Of a stretch of DNA of 41,428 nucleotides, positions 12,255 to 23,617 are shown piece after piece. This DNA comes from Nemertoderma westbladi (taxonomy: Eukaryota; Animalia; Xenacoelomorpha), in assembly GCA_032718475.1 (NCBI GenBank), contig JAUCBJ010004373.1, forward strand, positions 1 through 41,428. Direction: 5' to 3'. The position numbers and the translations under genes are program-made. Position 1 is the stretch's first letter. Every line of letters begins with the position of its first letter. The notes beneath the pieces are model-generated. The model was not told the origin of the DNA and did not search any database. It worked only from the letters and a program-made list of their open reading frames with translations.

Positions 12255-13277
12255 TACTGAGTAGTGTACTAGAGTACTGAGTGTACTAGAGTACTGAGTA
12301 GTGTACTGAGAGTACTGAGTGTACTAGAGTACTGAGTAGTGTACTGAGAGTACTGAGTAGTGTACTGAGAGTACTGAGTGTACTGAGAGTACTGAGTGTA
12401 CTAGAGTACTGAGTAGTGTACTGAGAGTACTGAGTGTACTAGAGTACTGAGTAGTGTACTGAGAGTACTGAGTGTACTAGAGTACTGAGTAGTGTACTGA
12501 GAGTACTGAGTGTACTAGAGTACTGAGTAGTGTACTGAGAGTACTGAGTGTACTAGAGTACTGAGTAGTGTACTGAGAGTACTGAGTGTACTAGAGTACT
12601 GAGTGTACTAGAGTACTGAGTAGTGTACTAGAGTACTGAGTAGTGTACTGATAGTACTGAGTGTACTAGAGTACTGAGTAGTGTACTAGAGTACTGAGTA
12701 GTGTACTGATAGTACTGAGTGTACTAGAGTACTGAGTAGTGTACTGAGAGTACTGAGTGTACTAGAGTACTGAGTAGTGTACTGAGAGTACTGAGTGTAC
12801 TAGAGTACTGAGTAGTGTACTGATAGTACTGAGTGTACTAGAGTACTGAGTAGTGTACTAGAGTACTGAGTAGTGTACTAGAGTACTGAGTAGTGTACTG
12901 ATAGTACTGAGTAGTGTACTGATAGTACTGAGTGTACTAGAGTACTGAGTAGTGTACTAGAGTACTGAGTAGTGTACTAGAGTACTGAGTAGTGTACTGA
13001 TAGTACTGAGTAGTGTACTGAGAGTACTGAGTGTACTAGAGTACTGAGTAGTGTACTGAGAGTACTGAGTAGTGTACTAGAGTACTGAGTAGTGTACTAG
13101 AGTACTGAGTAGTGTACTGATAGTACTGAGTAGTGTACTGAGAGTACTGAGTGTACTAGAGTACTGAGTAGTGTACTGAGAGTACTGAGTAGTGTACTGA
13201 GAGTACTGAGTGTACTGAGAGTACTGAGTAGTGTACTGAGAGTACTGAGTAGTGTACTGAGAGTACTGAGTAGTGTA
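12255..13277. repeat. Complex minisatellite of 17-21-bp units (GAGTACTGAG[TAG]TGTACT[A/GA])
   Basis: Read directly; saturated with GTAC/AGTACT palindromes. Confidence 0.95.
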
Positions 13278-13508
13278 TTACTACTTGTCGGTCATATGGC
13301 TAATAAGCCTAAGTGCAAAAATGGCAATTACGAGATAATCACATTTTTGTATTTAATTTTTGCAAAAATTGCAGCATGCAGGTGATTTTTCTGGAAATAA
13401 TTCTTTTTTTGATACCAGATAGAGGGGAAGCATTGAAATTTTATCAATTTTTATTTAACATGGCATTGTTGTGTGTATACACTACATGTATGTATATGTT
13501 ACACGTTC

Positions 13509-13834
13509 GTGGGGTCTTCGCGCAGCACGAAATGAGCAAAGCCTTTAGCATATGGGCACCATTAACGAGTTGTCTGCCGTTAGTCAGAAGTCTTCAACAC
13601 AATACTCGTCCTTCTCTTGTGCCTCGTTGCGTTTGTTCGTTTTTGACGGAACTTCAGATTCTTTCTAAACTTTTGACGGACTACATACGTACCAAGTTTC
13701 GTTTAATTTCATCAAGGAATAGCCGAGTTATTAGCGAACAAAAATTTACGACGACAGACGACGACGACGACGACAGATAACTCGCCAATGGCACCCATAT
13801 GCTAAGGCTTCGCTCACTTCGTGGCTCGCCCCAC
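13509..13834. mobile_element. Foldback/MITE-like element with ~70-bp imperfect inverted repeats
   Basis: GCAAAGCCTTTAGCATATGGGCACCATTAACGAGTT (13535-13571) pairs with AACTCGCCAATGGCACCCATATGCTAAGGCTTCGC (13779-13813). Confidence 0.6.
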
Positions 13835-13930
13835 ATGACATTGGCCTTTTGGCACAAAACATTTTTGTAGGATTGGAATGACAAATAGAACAAAGTCAAC
13901 GAAGCGGTAATTTATTGTGCAAAGAAAGCA

Positions 13931-16900
13931 GTTACACCATGTTACACTAGTTACACCATGTTACACTAGTTACACCATGTTACACTAGTTACACCATGTT
14001 ACACTAGTTACACCATGTTACACTAGTTACACCATGTTACACTAGTTACACTATGTTACACTAGTTACACCATGTTACACTAGTTACACCATGTTACACT
14101 AGTTACACCATGTTACACTAGTTACACCATGTTACACTAGTTACACCATGTTACACTAGTTACACCATGTTACACTAGTTTCACCATGTTACACTAGTTA
14201 CACTATGTTACACTAGTTACACCATGTTACACTAGTTACACCATGTTACACTAGTTACACCATGTTACACTAGTTACACCATGTTACACTAGTTACACCA
14301 TGTTACACTAGTTACACCATGTTACACTAGTTACACCATGTTATACTAGTTACACCATGTTACACTAGTTACACCATGTTACACTAGTTACACCATGTTA
14401 CACTAGTTACACCGTGTTACATTAGTTACACCGTATTACACTAGTTACACCATGTTACACTAGTTACACCATGTTACACTAGTTACACCATGTTACACTA
14501 GTTACACCATGTTACACTAGTTACACCATGTTACACTAGTTACACCATGTTACACTAGTTACACCATGTTACACTAGTTACACCATGTTACACTAGTTAC
14601 ACCATGTTACACTAGTTACACCATGTTACACTAGTTACACCATGTTACACTAGTTACACCATGTTACACTAGTTACACCGTGTTACATTAGTTACACCGT
14701 ATTACACTAGTTACACCATGTTACACTAGTTACACCATGTTACACTAGTTGCACCATGTTACACTAGTTACACCATGCTACACTAGTTACACCATGTTAC
14801 ACTAGTTACACCATGTTACACTAGTTACACCATGTTACACTAGTTACACCATGTTACACTAGTTACACCATGTTACACTAGTTACACCATGTTACACTAG
14901 TTACACCATGTTACACTAGTTACACCATGTTACACTAGTCACACCATGTTACACTAGTTACACCATGTTACACTAGTTACACCATGTACACTAGTTACAC
15001 CATGTTACACTAGTTACACCATGTTACACTAGTTACACCATGTTACACTAGTTACACCATGTTACACTAGTTACAAATGTTACACTAGTTACACCATGTT
15101 ACACTAGTTACATCATGTTACACTAGTTACACCATGTTACACTAGTTACACCATGTTACACTAGTTACACCATGTTACACTAGTTACACCATGTTACACT
15201 AGTTACACCATGTTACACTAGTTACACCATGTTACACTAGTTACACCATGTACACTAGTTACACCATGTTACACTAGTTACACCATGTTACACTAGTTAC
15301 ATCATGTTACACTAGTTACACCATGTTACACTAGTTACACCTTGTTACACTAGTTACACCATGTACACTAGTTACACCATGTTACACTAGTTACACCATG
15401 TTACACTAGTTACACCATGTTACACTAGTTACACCATGTTACACTAGTTACACCATGTTACACTAGTTACACCATGTTACACTAGTTACACCATGTTACA
15501 CTAGTTACACCATGTACACTAGTTACACCATGTTACACTAGTTACACCCTGTTACACTAGTTACACCATGTTACACTAGTTACACCATGTTACACTAGTT
15601 ACACCATGTTACACTAGTTACACTATGTTACACTAGTTACACCATGTTACACTAGTTATACCATGTTACACTAGTTACACCATGTTACACTAGTTACACC
15701 ATGTTACACCATGTACACTAGTTACACCATGTTACACTAGTTACACCATGTTACACTAGTTACACCATGTTACACTAGTTACACCATGTTACACTAGTTG
15801 CACCATGTTACACTAGTTACACCATGTACACTAGTTACACCATGTTACACTAGTTACACCATGTTACACTAGTTACACCATGTTACACTAGTTACACCAT
15901 GTTACACTAGTTACACCATGTTACACTAGTTACACCATGTACACTAGTTACACCATGTTACACTAGTTACACCCTGTTACACTAGTTACACCATGTTACA
16001 CTAGTTACACCATGTTACACTAGTTACACCATGTTACACTAGTTACACCATGTACACTAGTTACACCATGTTACAGTGGTTACACCATGTTACAGTAGTT
16101 ACACCATGTTACACTAGTTACACCATGTTACACTAGTTACACCATGTTACACTAGTTACACCATGTACACTAGTTATACCATGTTACACTAGTTACACCA
16201 TGTTACACTAGTTACACCATGTACACTAGTTACACCATGTTACACTAGTTACACCATGTTACACTAGTTACACCATGTTACACTAGTTACACCATGTTAC
16301 AGTAGTTGCACCATGTTACACTAGTTACACCATGTTACACTAGTTACACCATGTTACACTAGTTACACCATGTTACACTAGTTACACCATGTTACACTAG
16401 TTCCACCATGTTACACTAGTTGACTAATTCCACCATGTACACTAGTTACACCATGTTACACTAGTTCCACCATGTTACACTAGTTGACTAATTCCACCAT
16501 GTACACTAGTTACACTATGTTACACTAGTTACACCATGTACACTAGTTACACCATGTTACACTAGTTACACCATGTTACACTAGTTACACCATGTTACAC
16601 TAGTTACACCATGTTACACTAGTTACACCATGTTACACTAGTTACCCCATGTTACACTAGTTACACCATGTTACACTAGTTACACCATGTTACACTAGTT
16701 ACACCATGTTACACTAGTTACACCATGTTACACTAGTTACACCATGTTACACTAGTTACACCATGTTACACTAGTTACACCATATTACACTAGTTACACC
16801 ATGTTACACTAGTTACACCATGTTACACTAGTTACACCATGTTACACTAGTTACACCATGTTACACTAGTTACATCATGTTACACTAGTTACACCATGTT

Positions 16901-18470
16901 ACACTAGTTACTCCATGTACACTAGTTACACCATGTTACACTAGTTACACCATGTTACACTAGTTACATCATGTTACACTAGTTACACCATGTTCACTAG
17001 TTACACCATGTTACAATAGTTACATCATGTTACACTACTTCCACCATGTTACACTAGTACTAGTTACACCATGTTGCACTAGTTAGTAGTTACACCATGT
17101 CAGACTAGTTAGTAGTTACACCATGTAACACTATAGTTACACCATGTTACACTAGTTAGTAGTTTCACCATGTTACACTAGTTAGTAGTTAAGTTACACC
17201 ATGTTACACTAGTTACACCATGTTACACTAGTTACACCATGTTATACTAGTTACACCATGTTACATTAGTTACACCATGTTACACTAGTTACACTATATT
17301 ACATTAGTTACACCATGTTACACTAGTTAGTAGTTACACCTTGTTACACTAGTTACACCATGTTACACTAGTTAGACAATGTTACACCATGTTACACTAG
17401 TTACACCATGATACACTAGTTACACCATGTTATCATGTTACACTAGTTACACCATGTTCACTAGTTACACCATGTTCACTAGTTACACCATGTTACACTA
17501 TTTACAATATGTTACACGAGTTACACTATGTTGCACTACTTACACCATGTTACACTAGTTACACCATGTTACACTAGTTAAAGCACGTTACACTAGTTAA
17601 CACCATGTTATACTAGTTAACACCATGTTACACCACTTCCACCATGTTACACTAGTTACACCTTGTTACACTAGTTACACCATGTAACACTAGTTGCACT
17701 ATGTTATACTAGTTACACCATGTTACACTACTTACAATATGTTACACGAGTTACACTATGTTACACTAGTTACACCATGTTACACTAGTTACACCATGTT
17801 GCTCTAGTTACACCATGTTACATTAGTTACACCATGTTACAGTAGCTACACCACGTTACACTAGTTCACCATGTTACAATAGTTACACCATGTTACACTA
17901 GTTACACCATGTTACAGTATTTCCACCATGTTACACTACTTCCACCATGTTACACTACTTACACCATGTTACATTAGTTAAACATGTTACAGTAGTTACA
18001 CCATGTTACACTAGTTCACCTTGTTACACAAGTTACACCATGTTACACTAGTTACACCATGTTACAATAGTTACTCCATGTTACACTAGTTACACCATGT
18101 TACATTAGTTACACCATATTACAGTTGTCACACCATGTTACACTAGTTCACCATGTTACACTAGTTACACCATGTTACACTACTTCAACCATGTCACACC
18201 ATGTTACACTACTTCCACCATGTTACACTAGTTACACCATGTTACATTAGTTACACCATGTTACAGTTGTTACACCATGTTACAGTAGTTACACCATGTT
18301 ACACTAGTTACACCATGTTACATTAGTTACACCATGTTACAGTACTTACACCATGTTACACAAGTTCACCATGTTACACTACTTCCACCATGTTACACTA
18401 GTTACACTATGTTACACTACTTCCACCATGTTACACTACTTCCACCATGTTATACTAGTTACACCATGTT
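13931..18470 (+). repeat. 19-bp satellite GTTACACCATGTTACACTA (~240 copies)
   Basis: Read directly; homogeneous to ~17000 and progressively degenerate towards 18470. Confidence 0.97.
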
Positions 18471-18727
18471 TCCAAAATTGCACTTTGGTTGTTCTTGCAT
18501 ATCACCGACGTACTGTAGTGAAGCGAACTAAGATAACGGGTATTGCGTACTAGTCTATGTCAACTACACTACTGTTATACTCGCGGTTGAGTAGGGTTAT
18601 TGAGATACATAATGGCTGCCTGTACATCATCATATCAAGAACATAAACGACCAGCCCCAACCACCCCCCCCCCCCCCCCCCCCCCCCCTCCTCTTGAACA
18701 AGAAAATTTGTGATTTAATTAAAGTAA

Positions 18728-19088
18728 CAGAAAGAGCAGGTTATAGTGGCACGTTATACTAATCAAAACAATAAACAGAAGTCAATAGAATAGGGTTACA
18801 GATACATTTGTGCATAAGTCAATAGAATAGGGTTACAGATACATTTGTGCATAAGTCAATAGAATAGGGTTACAGATACATTTGTGCATAAGTCAATAGA
18901 ATAGGGTTACAGATACATTTGTGCATAAGTCAATAGAATAGGGTTACAGATACATTTGTGCATAAGTCAATAGAATAGGGTTACAGATACATTTGTGCAT
19001 AAGTCAATAGAATAGGGTTACAGATACATTTGTGCTATTCGCTAATATTCAGCTGTTATTTGCGTCGATTTTCCCATAGAGGGAACTA
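18728..19088 (+). repeat. Dispersed repeat family A, copy 3, with an internal 37-bp x ~7 tandem expansion (18779-19035)
   Basis: Family A 5' motif, then (AAGTCAATAGAATAGGGTTACAGATACATTTGTGCAT)n, then family A 3' motif CAGCTGTTATT..CGATTTTCCCATAGAGGGAA. Confidence 0.8.
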
Positions 19089-19523
19089 TTTTTTGATTAC
19101 GTCAATAGCAGCCACAATAATTATTGTAAGATCATTAAAGCCCCGGATGCACCAGATTGTGTAAGTTAGAGGCAATTCCTATATCGACTTAGAAACTGTT
19201 TTTGTTTATTATTTGAAGTTATAAACATCCACCGACAGAACGATTTTACGGTTGTAGTCAGTCAGAACTCATAAGCTTGACCCCGGTTCACCCTGGTTTG
19301 ATATGTTGTTTTATTACAATTGTAAATTATTACCATTAAGGATACAAACTGTAATTTGTTATTAATTATTAATTCATAGTAAATTACAATTATATATTCG
19401 GCCTGGCTACTTACTACTTACTAATATTTGAGTACTTCAATTTTTAACATACTTAAATTATGTTTCATTTTGTCACGGTGTCGGTTCATGGAATTATCTT
19501 TTACTATTGTTTTTTCTCCTTAG

Positions 19524-19615
19524 CGACGACAGATGGCGCTCAACCTGCTTGGATTGCTTTAGCCAAACAGAAACATCAGTCCTATAGACCTCCTTCAGAG
19601 AACTCGGATGCATAA
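19524..19615 (+). CDS. Terminal coding exon E (ATTDGAQPAWIALAKQKHQSYRPPSENSDA*); CRACD/KIAA1211-family-like C-terminal motif
   Basis: Acceptor TTTTTCTCCTTAG in phase 1, matching exon D; stop TAA; PAWIALAKQK resembles the P-x-W-hydrophobic-x-LA-K-x-K C-terminal motif recalled for CRACD/CRACDL/KIAA1210. Confidence 0.72.
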
Positions 19616-20725
19616 AGCTTCACATTTCTCATTATTTTACATCTTCGCATTGCAAATATAACTTATCCCTTCATCAAGTGCTTGTCAGTCAGTAACTTAC
19701 TGTTCATTTAACATATCGGAGCTTGTGAAAAAACCCTCAAGCAATATGATATATTCTCAGTTTTAAATATTAAGGTATCAATCGGAAGTTTTTTTGCTGT
19801 ATTTTTAAATCTCTGTATACAACAAGATAAAAGGTGTAGGCTATGGGAAGTAAATCACTATTAATTAATTAATTGGATGAATTTTGGATTGAGATTTCTG
19901 AAACGAAAACGTTTTGCAGTCGGCAGCCACTGATATTCAAATTTAATATTATTTAAATTTTTTTAGTGAGTTAGTGAGTTGTTTGTATCTTAATTAATTA
20001 TTTATTTTATTTCAAGTTTATTTTTGCTTATATTTTAGCTGTTTAATTTGTGCTTGTATTCTGCCAAACCCCCAATAAATGTGAGGTATAGAGCACTCCA
20101 GTCTAGTGTCTAGCAGGCTAGGCAAATTCCATTCCAATATCTAGAATTTTTTAGTTCCACATTCCAATAGATTATTTTTCTGGGATCTGGTCCTCATATT
20201 TCAATTATAAATATCTAGATTCCTAAGGAAGATATTAATTCTAGCCGGATTTAATATAATTATTTGATGCTTTTTAGTGATTATTTAGCTTTCTTGATAA
20301 TGATCCTAGTATTACTGGCCCATTTGTCTTCCAGTTATAGCTGTCTCTTGTTATGAACTACGACCTTTTCATGTTGAAACCTTCGAGGAAAAACGTATAA
20401 TAGGATTTTGTGTGTTTATTTGTTTTTCTAAATCGTGTTTTTTTCTCTCCTAAATTTCAATTCGGGACGCGCAACTTTCGCCAGATTCAATTCCACAGCC
20501 GACCTATAAATTTACAAGATATACATATTAATTCATAGATATAATAATAAAATTATTGTTTTAAAATTAATATAATTATTGTAATTTATGTTATAAATTA
20601 TACCATTTACGTATTGCCCAAACAATAAAATAATGATTTTTAGTTCGACTATTTTTTGTGTATTTAATGATCATTAGATAACAAGCCCATTGATTGTTAT
20701 GCTTCGGTATTATATTGAATGAAAT

Positions 20726-20978
20726 ATTGATACAGTTCAGGTAGTACGGGTTGACCTCTGGTGACTAATGAAATGAATAACAACAGTTATTACAAGCTTT
20801 CTCCCACAAATCATTATTCTTCAACAGGTAATTAAGGAATCTGGTTTCTCTGTTCCATATGTTGATACCTTAATTACCCGAAGAAGCCCTGTTGGGAGAA
20901 AGCTTGTACAGTAATAACTGTTGTTATTAATTTCATTAGTCATCTGAGGTCAACCCGCACTACCCGAACTGTATCAAT
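20726..20978. mobile_element. Foldback MITE with ~80-bp imperfect inverted repeats
   Basis: ATTGATACAGTTC.GGTAGT.CGGGTTGACCTC...AAGCTTTCTCCCA pairs with TGGGAGAAAGCTT...GAGGTCAACCCGCACTACCCGAACTGTATCAAT. Confidence 0.75.
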
Positions 20979-23617
20979 GATTACCATGGTGACGAGAGCG
21001 CGATAATTCCTCCATATTGAATGCCAGATTGAAGGCGTTCTACTCAGACGAATTTATTATTCTACACTATTATTTTCTTTTAACGATGATTAATTGTCGG
21101 AGATTCACTCTAACGGCATGGATTTCTGCCTTGAAATATAAATTTATTTGAAAATGGGAATATTATCTAAAAACTCAGTTGTTAGAAGAGGATCTACATA
21201 ATGTAGAAGTTTATACGGCGGGAGCAAATAGTTTTTACTTTTTATGGCGGGAATCGAGTAGTGTCAATTAGACGCAGCATATGCGTTAGGTTCGTTTGCG
21301 GTAAAGTTCGCCCACCACTTTCTTTCATTTTACCTCTGAAAACTGCAACTTGTACCGGTATGTCAACCCAACTTACGTTATTGGTACGAGTACTACTATA
21401 ATAGTAGGCCTTAAGAAACATTATGCATTCTGCCGCTACATTCAATGATAACTAACTATACCGGTAATTGAAATTTAGTGTTTCACATTTTATTTTTAAG
21501 AATTAGAACCCCTTTTTTAAATATTTATTTCCATTTTCGAATGAAATTACATACTATTATTACATACTCGTAATTTATCCTTAGCCGTGATAAGTTTACA
21601 GTGCTCGCCTCTATTAAAATTCTAGCTGACGCTCGGAATTTGTAACACCTTTCCCAGTAATCTTATAAAGTACAAGATTATAAGTTTTGAAGTAAATATA
21701 GTTTATTGTTCCAAAGATTTTGTTTTATCGTTTTTTCGATAGTTTCGGTTCAGAATAGAAGAATAAGAAACAAACAAGAGATGATGTTCGCTTAATACGA
21801 TTTATTGTTAACAATAAACCATTCCATGACCTTATTACTGTGGTTAATAACTCTGGTGAATAACCCCTAATACCTTCTTTATTTCTTAATCCGCCATTAT
21901 TAATTGTTAATTATTAATTGTTGTCTTTTTCATGACATTATTGATTAACACTTCCACGCAAATTCCATTATATTTGGTTTCCATAATTGTTCCATTGTAC
22001 TTCAATCCTATGATTCCACTGGATGGCCATTCCGATAATATTTTTGACACAATATTTTTAATTGTTTTGTTTACCATTTTAAATGATATACAGGTGCTTG
22101 TATTACTCAAATCAAATGAATTAATTGTCTGTAAGTTAGGACAATTTTTTGGATGTTGAGTTTAAATTCTACCGGTGCCGAAATATTAAACTACATTTTA
22201 CGATTTATAATGGCGTTTATGGTGCAGAGGTGAAAATTAGCAGACCCCAAAAAGTAATAATTATTTGCTAATGGACTGACAGTAATTAGTTGCTTGTCTA
22301 CTTCTATTATCGTGTTCTTCTTGTATCAATTGTTTATTTTTGTTTGTATTTGTATTAAATTTACTTTATAATTTACGTAGTTAATTAAACTGTAATTCTT
22401 GTAAATTGTATCATTCCTCACAAATTAACTGAAATTAGGCCTACTTCTTAAACATAAAAAGTATAATAACTGCGGTTCTGTAATGTATTATTGGTCGTTT
22501 TAAATCACATTGTCAATGTAATAAAAATTTGGATTTTGTAGAAAAAAAGCAGTTTTCATAGTTTCAAAACTAAAATAAGAAGTACGAAATTAATTATCTG
22601 ATTTTTCCCTGACGACGTAAACAGATAAACTTTCTAGGAAACGGTTTTAAGTTTAGGAGAAGTACTGTAGTAGGGGATAACGAAAACAATAGAGTCAAAC
22701 TTTATGGTTTATATAGTGAGGGACAATGATTGAGTGTGGGAGTTGTGCCCTGGCGAGTTCGTTTCCGTTTCGCTCTCGATCGGTTTTGAAAGCTCGAAAC
22801 TAGCTCAATGAGGTTATCCTGTTATAGAATTCAATTTTTTCTCGGATTGTTACTCAGTACTTTAACCAGTAAATTGGCGGTATATTCTCACTGTTTAGCC
22901 TACACCGGCTGACGGACGGACTAAACGACCGTTCCGTACCGTGCAGTTGTGAAGTAAAATAAATATGTATAAAATATATTCATATGATCCATATTACGTG
23001 AAAACACCTAAAAGTTGCCAAAAAGGTCCATAATAAAAAAAAATGTATAATTCTACTGGACGAAATTTTATAAAATATACAGTAGTGCATTTATGTTACT
23101 TTTAAATCTAACAAACAATATCAATATCCGACACCACACAGTATATAATGTATAATTTTGCTCTTAAGGGGTGGGGTCACCTTTTGGAGGCACCTTCACT
23201 TTTTGTATATTCATTGTAATTGTGCTGCATACTTGTGTCTTAGTTAGTTATTGATTTTCTTGGAAAATATTTAAATTTCCCGCTAATTTTATATAAAATG
23301 CTGCTGCAAAATGATGTTTAAATGCTGCTCCTACGTCATTTTTAAATCAAATTGTTATGAAATTTTGATCAGAGTGTTGTAACCAAAAAGTAAAAAAAAA
23401 TTAAAATTTTTTTAAATTATCGGCCCAAAACACAACAAAACACACTCAAAATTCTGTCTAGAAAAGTTTTATTGGTCAACAAGTCAAAACCATTGACAGA
23501 AACGGAGGAGTATAATTTTTGATTGGCTAAAAAGGCGAGAAATAAAAATTTAAGTAAAATGCATTTAGATAGAAATCTACCCGCGCAAAATTGTCGGTCT
23601 CTATGTGACTGTCACTA

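Noticed and set aside
13313-13899. 155-aa and 72-aa ORFs
   Set aside because: Lie across an inverted-repeat element in an intron; no domain similarity.
20074-20079. AATAAA as poly(A) signal of the multi-exon gene
   Set aside because: Plausible, but the motif is common in this AT-rich DNA and cannot be singled out without transcript data.
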